The notes below the pieces were generated by a model. That model searched no databases and was not told the origin of the DNA. It saw only the letters and a program-made list of their open reading frames with translations. The position numbers and the translations under genes were made by a program. Shown here one piece after another: positions 19,434-29,333 of a stretch of 64,000 nucleotides of DNA. Every line of letters begins with the position of its first letter. Position 1 is the first letter of the stretch. This DNA comes from Candidatus Uhrbacteria bacterium (GTDB taxonomy: Bacteria; Patescibacteriota; Patescibacteriia; JACQRZ01), in assembly GCA_016186045.1 (NCBI GenBank), contig JACPMJ010000020.1:5435-69434 (forward strand), read 5' to 3'.

Positions 19434-19581
19434 ACAGAGCTCATGGGCTTGATAAAACATGCTATAAAATGCATGTTTTATTTTTTTTGTGTGAAAATAA
19501 CTTATGCACAGAACTCATGGAACAGGATGATGTATACTAAAAGTAAAGAAATCAACTCTAATTATTAGTGAAGTGAACGTT

Positions 19582-21516
19582 ATGAAGAGATTGTTCATAC
19601 GAGGCTCAAGTTTTTTTGTGGCCTTAGTTTTTTTGTTTTTTGGCAGTACGCCGGTGTGGGCGGCGCTTACATTTGATGCAACCTCCATCACCACTGATGG
19701 CGCGTTTACGTTGAATGGGGTTGCGGGATCCGCATACGCCATTGGCGGCAGTACCGTAGCTGGAACTATTACTATCGGCGGCACTGCGCAGACCGGACTC
19801 TTAACACTCGGACAGAGTAGCGGTACGAATACTATAGCGATTGGCTCTGGTACCGGTGCGACCACGGTGCAGATCGCGACAGGCGCGACAAATGCAAAGA
19901 CCGTCCAGATCGGGACCGGCGCGGTGGCAAATACCATCACCATCGGATCGGCGGCGACCACCGGACTTTCGCTTACTGATGATAACTGGAATATTACTGC
20001 CGCTGGCGTAGGAACATTTGACTCACTCGTTCTCAATGGCACGACTGATATCACCTCTGAAACAAATGAAGCTTTAACAATCACGCCAAACGGTACAGGC
20101 GATATTTCTCTCTCTGTGGATGGTGATTCAGAGGTTGGCATCACCGCCTCAGCCGCTCCGACCGCGGATATGGTAACTATCACAAACGCGGGACAGGGTA
20201 CCGTTACCAACGGCGTTGATGCTCTTGCGATTAACTTAGTCACCGCGGCAGTAGCAGGAAACCGAGACCACTCCGGTCTGGACATCACTGTAGATCAAGC
20301 TGGCGCCACAGAAGCGGGAGACACGATTCAGGGCATAAACATTGCGGCGCTTGGGGTAAATCCCACCGGATTGGCAAATGCGATTGAGATCGGCGCAAAC
20401 TGGGATAATGCTCTCTTGATTGGCGCCAATGATATTGAGGGAACTGACGCAACGATTACCTTTACCGATTTTACGCTTGCGGCAGAGGGTCGTATTGCTA
20501 TGAATCCTGACACAGCTGGCGATGCAATCACTATTACGAGTGCAGCGGGTGCATCAGAGGCGATCTCTATAGACTCAACCGCAGATGTTACTGATCCAGA
20601 CGGCGTTATTGATATGGATGTAGATGTGAATAGTGTTCCAGGACAAAACGTTGAGGGTATTAATCTCGATTTTGAACTTGTCACTGGTGGTACGGGAAAT
20701 GTTTCGGAAACGCATTCAGCATTTTTGATCACCGCGACTCAAAATAGCTCAGATGAAGCAAATGATGATGTTTTTTACGGAATTAACATTGCAAACATGG
20801 GCGGCACGGCACGAGATGGTGTTGAGGCGGCTATAGCTATTGGTGATTCATGGGATCGGAATCTTTTATTCCTCGATGCAAGTACTTCAATCGGTATCTC
20901 GGACGCTGGTACATTCACCTTCGAGAACGCATCAGGAACCGACTTCTTCACCGCAGCTGCAGGTACGTTCACTGTTACGGGTGCTCTGAATCCTGAAGCG
21001 GCTGGTACTCGCGACCTTGGTTTGACCACTGCAGAGTGGGATCAGATCTATCTCGCTGATGATGGCGGACTCGAACTTGGTCTTGATCAAGATGCAACGC
21101 TTGCGTATGACGAAGTAGGAGATGCAACTGGTGATCGTGTGGAGCTTACCGGAACCAATGCTTCTCTCTGGCTTGAAGATCGCCTCTCACTTGGCATTCA
21201 AACGGTTACAATTGCTGATGATGGAAACGGTGGTACATCTCCGACTGATACAACAGCTCCAACTACTGCGTTCGTTCAAGTCGTCTGTAACGATGCACAA
21301 GGTTGCAATTATACTTTTGCAGAATCGAGTGCAAAAGTAGGTGATCTCTTGATCATCGTTAATAATTCAGTAAATAGTGTTGTTATCACTGATACAGTAG
21401 ATCAAATCAATGCTAGCGCGGCAACGGTAACACTTGGTACGGACGATACAATAATGTTTATTTATTCGGATCAAGCTAATGATGAATGGGTACAGTTAGG
21501 AACATCAAATAATTAA
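19582..21516 (+). CDS. Secreted acidic beta-rich fibre/adhesin-like protein
   Basis: Signal peptide ending PVWA; T/G/A/D-rich repeats (TITIG, TVQIG). Confidence 0.7.
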   Translation: MKRLFIRGSSFFVALVFLFFGSTPVWAALTFDATSITTDGAFTLNGVAGSAYAIGGSTVAGTITIGGTAQTGLLTLGQSSGTNTIAIGSGTGATTVQIATGATNAKTVQIGTGAVANTITIGSAATTGLSLTDDNWNITAAGVGTFDSLVLNGTTDITSETNEALTITPNGTGDISLSVDGDSEVGITASAAPTADMVTITNAGQGTVTNGVDALAINLVTAAVAGNRDHSGLDITVDQAGATEAGDTIQGINIAALGVNPTGLANAIEIGANWDNALLIGANDIEGTDATITFTDFTLAAEGRIAMNPDTAGDAITITSAAGASEAISIDSTADVTDPDGVIDMDVDVNSVPGQNVEGINLDFELVTGGTGNVSETHSAFLITATQNSSDEANDDVFYGINIANMGGTARDGVEAAIAIGDSWDRNLLFLDASTSIGISDAGTFTFENASGTDFFTAAAGTFTVTGALNPEAAGTRDLGLTTAEWDQIYLADDGGLELGLDQDATLAYDEVGDATGDRVELTGTNASLWLEDRLSLGIQTVTIADDGNGGTSPTDTTAPTTAFVQVVCNDAQGCNYTFAESSAKVGDLLIIVNNSVNSVVITDTVDQINASAATVTLGTDDTIMFIYSDQANDEWVQLGTSNN

Positions 21517-22100
21517 TGAGGAGAATATTGAGAAATATAAAACTTTATGGAGCAACAGCAATTGTACTGTTTGCTGTGGCTCTCATAGGGACGTATCTTG
21601 AAACAAGAGAATGGAGTACGCAAAAATTTCCGGAAATTGGGGTGCAGATGAAAGTTCCAAAAGTGATCAAAGAAGGAAGTATCAATTTAGATGACAAGAA
21701 GGCAAAAGTTCTTTTTAGAGGGGAAGTTAAAAAAGAAGATCATGGAACGCCGCTTTTGATTATTTTAAGATATGAAGATGGTTTAAGAATGCCAGCAACA
21801 GTCAGTCATTTGGAAATTATTCCAATGCTTATGATGAATCTTGAACGGGCATATCCGGGCAGGTTCCCTGACTACAAAAAAAAATCTGAAAAAAAGTTTG
21901 AGTATAGAGGTAAAAAAGCCGCCGAAGTGGATTTTACCTACACAGGTCCTGCTGGAGAAATGATAAAACAGCGTTTTTTGATGGTAGAATATGATGGAGA
22001 TACCGCACTTTACTTTTCAGCCCAAGCACGAGAGGAAGATTTCGAGAAACTGAATAAAAAATACTTCAATCGCATGTTCTCAAGCATTCGGTTTAAGTAA
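21516..22100 (+). CDS. Membrane-anchored hypothetical protein (possible PsbP/DcrB-like fold)
   Basis: 194 aa with N-terminal TM; start overlaps the upstream stop (TAATG). Confidence 0.65.
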   Translation: MRRILRNIKLYGATAIVLFAVALIGTYLETREWSTQKFPEIGVQMKVPKVIKEGSINLDDKKAKVLFRGEVKKEDHGTPLLIILRYEDGLRMPATVSHLEIIPMLMMNLERAYPGRFPDYKKKSEKKFEYRGKKAAEVDFTYTGPAGEMIKQRFLMVEYDGDTALYFSAQAREEDFEKLNKKYFNRMFSSIRFK

Positions 22101-22136
22101 TCATCCACACACATAATTGCATAGTACTCACAACGT

Positions 22137-23405
22137 ATGACTCAAAAAAGATATATCTTTCTCATAGGAGCAGTGATAGCGGCTGGTTTTATGTTTACGG
22201 ATGGCGCGTATGCCGCAGACCTGAACTGGAGCGCGAACACGCCTATCACTGTTGGAACATATAATCTCACCATCCAAGCTGGGTCAAAGGCGCGGAATTT
22301 CATCCTTGGGCCGTCATGGATAACAGTTGTTGTCATGACCGGAGATACATTTACTATTTCATCGGCAAATAGGAATGTTCTCAGCGCAAATCCTTCATAT
22401 ACAGAAACATGCACCGACACTCTAAATTCAGTGACAGTTACTGGCAGGGATGATGCGACTCCTGTGGTTATTACTCCGCGAGAAACCATCTGTACTATTG
22501 CGAGTACGGCAGTTACCGCTCCGGTTGCCAGCGCGCCAGCGGCATCAGCGCCATCTACGCCAGCGCCGTCAAAGCCCGCAGAGGTGAAAGCCCCTGTCTC
22601 AGAACCTTCAATACAGGCTCCGGCGCCATCTACATCAACACAGGCGCCTGCGATCCAGCCACTTCAGACTCCTTCTCCAGCGCCTTCAACACAGGTTTTG
22701 GCATTAAAACCAGAAGAAGTTACACAGATAAAGGTGGAGGCCGCAGAGATTGCGTCAGTGCCAAAGGCGGCAAAAGTGGGAACAGAAGAAAAAGCAGTGC
22801 TTGCGGAAGCAGTGGATGCCGGACTTATACTGACAACCATTGTGCGGGGACGAGTAGTAAGCGCTCCTATTGCGGAAAAAATCATCGTCTCGAATCTGCT
22901 GAACAAAGAATTGGAGACCACAAAACAAATGGATTTTGACGAGAAAGTCGCGCTTTTGAAACAGGCGCAGTATCTGAATGACGGAAAACTGCCAAAGACG
23001 CAAAGCGATGTTGCAGAAGTGCTGAAACTTGCGAAGGGCGTTCCGCTTTCTGACAAGGAAATCGCTCCCAAAGCGCTTGCGGCAATCAAACGCAATGAAA
23101 CAGCGTTCTGCAAGCCCCAAGCATGCAAAGGCTTCTTGGATTTTGACAAGTATATGCGCGGTGTGGAGCCGCCAGTAGGCGATGATGCGGAAGAGCGGCA
23201 GGTAAAGGGCATGAAACTGTTTAAGCAGAAGGTGGGAAAGACTCCTGATCTTTCAAATTTGCTCCATGAAAATCTTGTTGATGCATTTGCGTATGCGGAT
23301 TTGAGCAAAGTTTCGCCTGCGCCAAAAGCAAAGCCGAAGACAAAGCAGGCGGTGCAGAAAGCGGCGCAAAAAACAGCGCCAGCTCAGGCAAAAAAGAAAA
23401 AATAG
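22137..23405 (+). CDS. Secreted hypothetical protein with Pro/Ala/Ser linker
   Basis: Signal peptide ending AYA, beta N-domain, PAS linker, helical C-domain, Lys-rich tail. Confidence 0.7.
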   Translation: MTQKRYIFLIGAVIAAGFMFTDGAYAADLNWSANTPITVGTYNLTIQAGSKARNFILGPSWITVVVMTGDTFTISSANRNVLSANPSYTETCTDTLNSVTVTGRDDATPVVITPRETICTIASTAVTAPVASAPAASAPSTPAPSKPAEVKAPVSEPSIQAPAPSTSTQAPAIQPLQTPSPAPSTQVLALKPEEVTQIKVEAAEIASVPKAAKVGTEEKAVLAEAVDAGLILTTIVRGRVVSAPIAEKIIVSNLLNKELETTKQMDFDEKVALLKQAQYLNDGKLPKTQSDVAEVLKLAKGVPLSDKEIAPKALAAIKRNETAFCKPQACKGFLDFDKYMRGVEPPVGDDAEERQVKGMKLFKQKVGKTPDLSNLLHENLVDAFAYADLSKVSPAPKAKPKTKQAVQKAAQKTAPAQAKKKK

Positions 23406-23426
23406 AGTGAGAAGTAAAAACTATAC

Positions 23427-23455
23427 ACATAAGAGGCGCGCACAGCCTCTTATGT
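23427..23455 (+). terminator. Probable terminator hairpin
   Basis: acataagaggc-gcgcaca-gcctcttatgt followed by a T-rich run. Confidence 0.65.
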
Positions 23456-23549
23456 TATTTGTGCAGGTGGTACTGTACACGTTCGTACGAGGGTGATATG
23501 ACGGGGCTATATTTGTATTGCTTGTCCGCGCGTGATATACTGAATTGGT

Positions 23550-25673
23550 ATGAAGATCCTGAATTTTCTGGGAAAATTCACGAGTTTTTTTGTATTACTG
23601 GGAATGGTGATACAGTTTTTCCATAGTTCGCCTATTGCATACGCAGATTTGATAGTGGAAACATTTCAGCTAAATCAGCCGCGGTTGCCTGTGCGTATCG
23701 CAGGCGCGCCTAATGATCCGCTTTACGAAAAGCAAGACTATTTTGAACAGATCCATGCGCCAGACGCATGGGCATTGAATACGGGATCCGTGCAAGTGAC
23801 TGTAGCGGTGCTTGATTCCGGTGTGGATATCAACCATCCGGATATAAGGAATAATATCTGGGTGAATGCGGACGAGGCTCCCGGAGACGGCATTGACAAT
23901 GACAACAATGGATACGTGGATGATGTGAATGGCTGGGATTTTGTGGAAGACAATCCTGATCCGCGGCCAAAATTTAGCGGCCAGTTTTCCGTTATTGGCA
24001 TTCAGCATGGTACGCTTCTTGCGGGCATCATCGCGGCTGAAGGAAATAACAGTCTTGGCGTAACTGGCGTCAGTTGGCGGAGTAAGATCCTGCCGTTACG
24101 CATTTTAGATAATCAGGGAGAGGGGGATGTGATTTCCGTAGTGAAAGCAATTGAGTATGCGATGACGAAGAAAGTTGATATTATTAATTTGAGTTTTGTC
24201 AGCGATGTGGACAGCACATTCTTGCGCGATGCCATAAAGCGTGCGCATGACGCAGGTATTATGATTGTTGCGGCATCCGGCAATGATCAAGGACAGAATC
24301 ATGGAAAGAATATTGCTCAAAAAAAAATATATCCGGTGTGCTATGACTTTGACGACAATGCGGTTATCGGAGTTGCCGCGCTGGACGCGCTTGGGCAAAA
24401 AGCACCGTTTTCAAACTTTGGCTCATGCATTGACGTATCTGCGCCAGGCATGAATGTATATGCCACGCAAGTGGTGAATTATTCCCAAGTGGGATTTGAC
24501 GCGTATTACGGCACGGGCTGGTCAGGAACATCGCTTGCGACTGCTGTGGTTACCGGCGCGCTTGCTTTGGCAAAATCCGTTAATAAAGATTTGACGTCAA
24601 AAATGGCAACAGATCTTCTCAAGAGCACCTGTACGCCGATTGATGAAATCAACGCGAGTTATGCCGGAGCGCTCGGATGCGGCCAACTTAATGTTGGCGC
24701 ATTGGTGCACGCGACCATAGATCAGATGAAAAGCCAGCAAGAAATTTCTTTTGACGAGTCAGCGCCATGGAGGAACATTCTCGCAATTGGCGACGCGCGT
24801 GGCGCAGACCCGCTTGCATTTTTTAGCAATGATGGCACAAAACGGGACGGATCACTGTATCCTTTTTCCAAATTTCATATTCCATATTCCGTGCAGGGAT
24901 CGCGCAGAGAAGCGGGGGTGTTTGTAGTTGGCGCCGGCGCAGGATCAGCGCCGCATATACGGATTTTTGACAAAGACCGTACTATGAGGAGTCAATTTTT
25001 TGCGTATCAAAAAACCATGAAAGCCGGCGTCTCTATCGCATTTGGGGATGTGGATGGAGACGGTGAAGAGGAAATAATCACTGTTCCCGGTAGTGGCGCA
25101 GGCCCGCATGTGAGGATATTCAGCCAAAACGGAGCGCTGAAAGGCCAATTCTTTGCATATCATGCGTCATTTCGCGGAGGACTGCGCATGGCGATAGGAG
25201 ACTTGAACAATGACGGAAAATCTGATATCATCATAACACCTGTAAAAGCGTCAAAAGGATTTGAAAATGATGTGCGGATTTTTGATGGAAGCGGCATATT
25301 GCGCACGCAATTTTTCGCATATCCACGGAAAAGTACGGTAAAAAATAGCGATATCGCAGTAGGGGATACAGATACTGACGGAAGCCTTGAGATTATCACT
25401 GCACCCGCGGAAGGAGCGGGCCAGGTGCGGATATTTTCATCCGTGGGAAAATTGAAGTCGCAGTTTTATCCCTATGCGAAGGAATTTGCAAATGGCGTTT
25501 CTCTGGCGAGCGCTGACATCAACCAGGATCAAAAAGATGAAATCATTGTTGTGCCTGCCAGAAAAGCTCCTGCGCACGTGCGCATGTTTTCAGAATCAGG
25601 AACGCTTATGAAACAATTTTTTGCATCAGGAAAAAATATACGCAAAGGATTTGTTCTTACAGTCATTAAATAA
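23550..25673 (+). CDS. Subtilisin-like S8 serine peptidase with C-terminal FG-GAP repeats
   Basis: Catalytic triad motifs VAVLDSG, HGTLLAG, GTSLA; repeats GDVDGDG and GDLNNDG with PHVRIF. Confidence 0.92.
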   Translation: MKILNFLGKFTSFFVLLGMVIQFFHSSPIAYADLIVETFQLNQPRLPVRIAGAPNDPLYEKQDYFEQIHAPDAWALNTGSVQVTVAVLDSGVDINHPDIRNNIWVNADEAPGDGIDNDNNGYVDDVNGWDFVEDNPDPRPKFSGQFSVIGIQHGTLLAGIIAAEGNNSLGVTGVSWRSKILPLRILDNQGEGDVISVVKAIEYAMTKKVDIINLSFVSDVDSTFLRDAIKRAHDAGIMIVAASGNDQGQNHGKNIAQKKIYPVCYDFDDNAVIGVAALDALGQKAPFSNFGSCIDVSAPGMNVYATQVVNYSQVGFDAYYGTGWSGTSLATAVVTGALALAKSVNKDLTSKMATDLLKSTCTPIDEINASYAGALGCGQLNVGALVHATIDQMKSQQEISFDESAPWRNILAIGDARGADPLAFFSNDGTKRDGSLYPFSKFHIPYSVQGSRREAGVFVVGAGAGSAPHIRIFDKDRTMRSQFFAYQKTMKAGVSIAFGDVDGDGEEEIITVPGSGAGPHVRIFSQNGALKGQFFAYHASFRGGLRMAIGDLNNDGKSDIIITPVKASKGFENDVRIFDGSGILRTQFFAYPRKSTVKNSDIAVGDTDTDGSLEIITAPAEGAGQVRIFSSVGKLKSQFYPYAKEFANGVSLASADINQDQKDEIIVVPARKAPAHVRMFSESGTLMKQFFASGKNIRKGFVLTVIK

Positions 25674-25692
25674 TTCGTAGCACAACCGCAGT

Positions 25693-26739
25693 ATGGAAAA
25701 AAGCAAGATAAAATTTGAGCGGCAAAATATCCTTGTCATCGGCGGCGCGGGATTTCTGGGTTCCCAGCTCTGTGAATATTTGTTGGAAAAAAACAATGTC
25801 ATTTGCGTGGATGATTATTCCTGTGGAAAGGAAAGCAACATAGACCGACTTTTGTCACACCAAAACTTTGAGTTTGTCCGCCATGATATTACGGAAGCCT
25901 TGGATTTCAAGAATTTTCCCGGCGTGGAAAAATTTCGCATGGCGTTCATCGGTGTGCATCAGGTTTATTATTTAGCTGACTTTCATTCTCCGCGCTATGC
26001 GCTTGCCAGTCCGCTTGAGACACTTATACTTGCCACAGCCGGTACGAAGAATGCCATGGACATTGCCGCCGCATATTCCGCAAAATGCATATTTATCTCT
26101 GATGCTGACGTGTATGGTGAGGTTGCGGGAGATCCCATGAAAGTTCACGAAGATGCGGTTGGCACGCTTGATTATTTATCGTTGGTCAATTATCACGGGC
26201 ATGCAAAGCGGATTGGTGAGAGTATTGCCATGCTGTATCAGAAACAAAAAAAGGTGCGCGTAAGCATTGCGCGTCTGTATACCACATATGGCCCGCACAT
26301 GCATCTTGACGACGGCCGCCTGATTCCGGACATGGTCGCGCGCGCGCTGGCAGGAAAAGAAATTGTTTTGACGCCCGGTATGGGAGCGGCAACATTTTTA
26401 TATGTGACAGATGCGATTGACGCGCTTGAAAAAGTCATGGCCGCGGAAATGCTGGGCATATTCAACATTGGAAATCCTACACAATACAGCGTGCAAGAGG
26501 CGGCAGAGCGGATTGTAAAGTTTTGCGGATCTCGATCTCCCATTGTTCGGCGAGAAGCAAATGCAGAAGAAGTGCTTACATACCGCGCGTGGGAGCAGAG
26601 CTGTCGCATAGCAAATATTGATACGCTCCGCGATGCCACAGGCTGGTTTCCGGTGGTATTGCTGGATGAAGGATTGCGAAAAACAATTGATTACATGAAA
26701 TCACTTCGCGCGATTCGGGGTGTTTTTGAAAAAGAATAA
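25693..26739 (+). CDS. NAD-dependent epimerase/dehydratase (UDP-glucuronate decarboxylase-like, degenerate active site)
   Basis: GGAGFLGS, FEFVRHDIT, TYGPHM..DDGRLIP, LDEGLRKTI. Confidence 0.85.
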   Translation: MEKSKIKFERQNILVIGGAGFLGSQLCEYLLEKNNVICVDDYSCGKESNIDRLLSHQNFEFVRHDITEALDFKNFPGVEKFRMAFIGVHQVYYLADFHSPRYALASPLETLILATAGTKNAMDIAAAYSAKCIFISDADVYGEVAGDPMKVHEDAVGTLDYLSLVNYHGHAKRIGESIAMLYQKQKKVRVSIARLYTTYGPHMHLDDGRLIPDMVARALAGKEIVLTPGMGAATFLYVTDAIDALEKVMAAEMLGIFNIGNPTQYSVQEAAERIVKFCGSRSPIVRREANAEEVLTYRAWEQSCRIANIDTLRDATGWFPVVLLDEGLRKTIDYMKSLRAIRGVFEKE

Positions 26740-26754
26740 TAGATTGACGTATAT

Positions 26755-28071
26755 ATGCTTGAGGAAATTTTTTCGCATGATCATCATGCACATGAAAAAA
26801 AATCAGAAAATTTTAGCCACCGTATCGGCAGTATAGTGATGACTATTATCGTGAGCGCGATCATCGGGTTTTTTTCCGGCGGCATAGGAATGTACGTCGG
26901 TTCATTTGTATTTCAGAAAAATATTATACCAGGCGTACAAAAAGGCGTGCAGGAATTCAAAGAACAGGCTGTTTCTCTGCAAGTGACAGAAGACTCCGCT
27001 ACCATTGACGTAGTAAGGAAAACATCACCATCCGTGGTGAGTATTATCATTAGCAAAGAATTATCGCAACTCTACAACAGGAGCGGCAGGAATATCGTGC
27101 CGTTTGATAATTTTTTTGATTTTGGATTTCCGAATGATTTTCAGTTTGAGCCTCCGCCACAAGGCGGTGAAAACAAGAGTAATAAAAAAGAACAGAAGCA
27201 GCGCATAGGCGGCGGATCAGGGTTTGTCGCTTCTTCTGATGGGCTGATTGTGACGAATAAACATGTCGTGGAAGACAGCGACGCGGAGTATATGGTGGTG
27301 ATGAACGACGGAAAGGAGTATCCCGGAAAAGTGCTGGCACAAGATCCGGTGAATGATCTTGCAATCATAAAAATAGACGCAAAAAATCTTACGCCGCTGA
27401 TATTGGGAGATTCAAGCGCTTTACAGATCGGCCAGACCGTGATTGCGATTGGAAACACGCTGGGCGAATACCGCAACACAGTGACACGCGGAGTGGTATC
27501 CGGCATCAACCGCGTGGTTGAGGCGGCAGGGTCTGCAGGCGGCGCAGAAGTCATCCAAGAGGCTATTCAGACGGATGCGGCTATCAATCCGGGAAATTCC
27601 GGCGGACCGCTGTTGAATTTGGCCGGAGAAGTAGTGGGCGTCAATACCGCGGTGAGTAGAGCAGGCCAATCCGTTGCATTTGCCATCCCTATCAATTCCG
27701 TGAAAAAATCCGTGGAAAGCGTGAAGAAAAACGGACGCATTGTCCGGCCATGGATCGGTGTGCGGTATCAGCTGATAGGCGAAGAAATGGCACAGAAAAA
27801 TAATCTGCCGGTCAAAGAAGGCGCCATCATTGTGGGCGATGTGTCAAAGAAGGAATTCGGCGTGATTTCCGGAAGTCCGGCAGAAAAAGCAGGCCTGCAA
27901 GAAGGGGATATTATTTTGGAAGTGAATGGAGAAAAAATCGGTGTGGGGCATGCGCTGTCAAATGCAGTGATGAAATATAATCCCGGCGATGAAATTACGC
28001 TCAAGGTACTTTCAAAAGGAAAAGAAAAAGAGGTCAAGGTGAAACTCGAAGAATTCAAAGAACAGAAATAA
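26755..28071 (+). CDS. HtrA/DegP-family serine protease with PDZ domain
   Basis: TNKHVV, DLAIIK, AINPGNSGGPL; C-terminal PDZ (SPAEKAGLQEGDII). Confidence 0.95.
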   Translation: MLEEIFSHDHHAHEKKSENFSHRIGSIVMTIIVSAIIGFFSGGIGMYVGSFVFQKNIIPGVQKGVQEFKEQAVSLQVTEDSATIDVVRKTSPSVVSIIISKELSQLYNRSGRNIVPFDNFFDFGFPNDFQFEPPPQGGENKSNKKEQKQRIGGGSGFVASSDGLIVTNKHVVEDSDAEYMVVMNDGKEYPGKVLAQDPVNDLAIIKIDAKNLTPLILGDSSALQIGQTVIAIGNTLGEYRNTVTRGVVSGINRVVEAAGSAGGAEVIQEAIQTDAAINPGNSGGPLLNLAGEVVGVNTAVSRAGQSVAFAIPINSVKKSVESVKKNGRIVRPWIGVRYQLIGEEMAQKNNLPVKEGAIIVGDVSKKEFGVISGSPAEKAGLQEGDIILEVNGEKIGVGHALSNAVMKYNPGDEITLKVLSKGKEKEVKVKLEEFKEQK

Positions 28072-28074
28072 TAT

Positions 28075-28227
28075 ATGTTTTTAACGACGAAATTATCCGA
28101 GAGTATGTTTTTTTCGGACCCTTCGGAGCGCGACTGGCGCGAGACGGAGGAAATTTTCAGTAGAAAATTATCCGTGTCCGAAAAATACATACCCGAAGGA
28201 TATAAGTTTCGTCGTTTTCAAAAATAA
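28075..28227 (+). other. Structured palindromic element coincident with a 50-codon ORF
   Basis: Arms aacgacgaaa/tttcgtcgtt and gtatgt-cggac/gtccg-acatac; open ATG-to-TAA frame. Confidence 0.6.
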
Positions 28228-28229
28228 TT

Positions 28230-29319
28230 ATGGCGAATATTCAAACAGGCATCAACGAATTAAGGGAGAAGGTTCTCCAGTTGCGGAGGTTTCTTTGACA
28301 TTGAAAAATTAAAAGCAGAGATCGTGGAGCTGGAAAAAGATATGCAGGAGAAAGATTTTTGGGCGAATCAGGAAAAAGCGCGCAGTGCGGGCAGACGGCT
28401 TGTGGTCATCAAAGAGCAGGTACATGCCTGGGATACACTGCTTTCCGACATTGAGGAATTGGAGAAATTGAGCGCGCTGGAAGACAAAGATATTCAGAAA
28501 GACATAGAGGAAATGCTTGAAGAGTGCTCTGCACGGTTTTCCAAGCTGGAATTTCAGACGCTGTTTTCCGGACCATATGATATGAACAATGCGCTTCTGG
28601 CGCTCCATGCCGGCACCGGTGGCGTAGATGCCATGGATTGGAACGAGATGCTTTTGCGCATGTATGTGCGGTTTTGTGAAAACATGGGATGGCGTGTAAA
28701 AATATTGGACGAGCTTCGTGGAAATGAGGCGGGCATCAAGACCGCGCTATTTGAAGTGGAGGGAGCATATGCGTACGGATATCTTAAAGCGGAAAACGGG
28801 GTTCATCGGTTGGTACGGATTTCTCCGTTTAATGCAGAAGGCCTGCGTCAAACATCATTTGCGCTTTTGGAAGTGATTCCCGATCTCGGCGGCATTGAGG
28901 ATATAAAAATTGTATCGGAGGACATTCGCGTGGATGTATTTCGCGCGTCCGGTAAGGGCGGACAGGGAGTGAATACTACGGACTCCGCGGTGCGCGTGAC
29001 ACATCTTCCCACCGGCATTGTGGTGTCGTGCCAGAATGAGCGGTCTCAATTGCAGAATAAGGAGACCGCCCTTCGGTATTTGAAGGCAAAACTTCGCCAG
29101 CGCGCAGAACAGGAGCGCGTGAAAGAGAAAAAAGAATTGCGTGGCGCGTATAGCGAAGCGGCGTGGGGCAATCAAATCCGTTCGTATGTGCTCAATCCGT
29201 ATACGCTTGTGAAAGATCATCGGACGCAGGTTGAAACGCAAAACGTGCAGGATGTATTGGACGGAGACATTTTACCGTTTATAGAACAGTATTTGCGAAG
29301 TGATCGGAGAAAAAAATAA
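28230..29319 (+). CDS. prfB: Peptide chain release factor 2 (programmed +1 frameshift)
   Basis: ATG 28230 gives MANIQTGINELREKVLQLRRFL, then CTT-TGA-C; the +1 frame joins the track ORF carrying the SPF and GGQ motifs. Confidence 0.96.
28285..28299 (+). promoter_or_regulatory. RF2 autoregulatory frameshift cassette
   Basis: GGAGG-ttt-CTT-TGA-C: internal SD 3 nt before the slippery CTT codon. Confidence 0.93.
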
Positions 29320-29333
29320 CGTCAACATATCCC

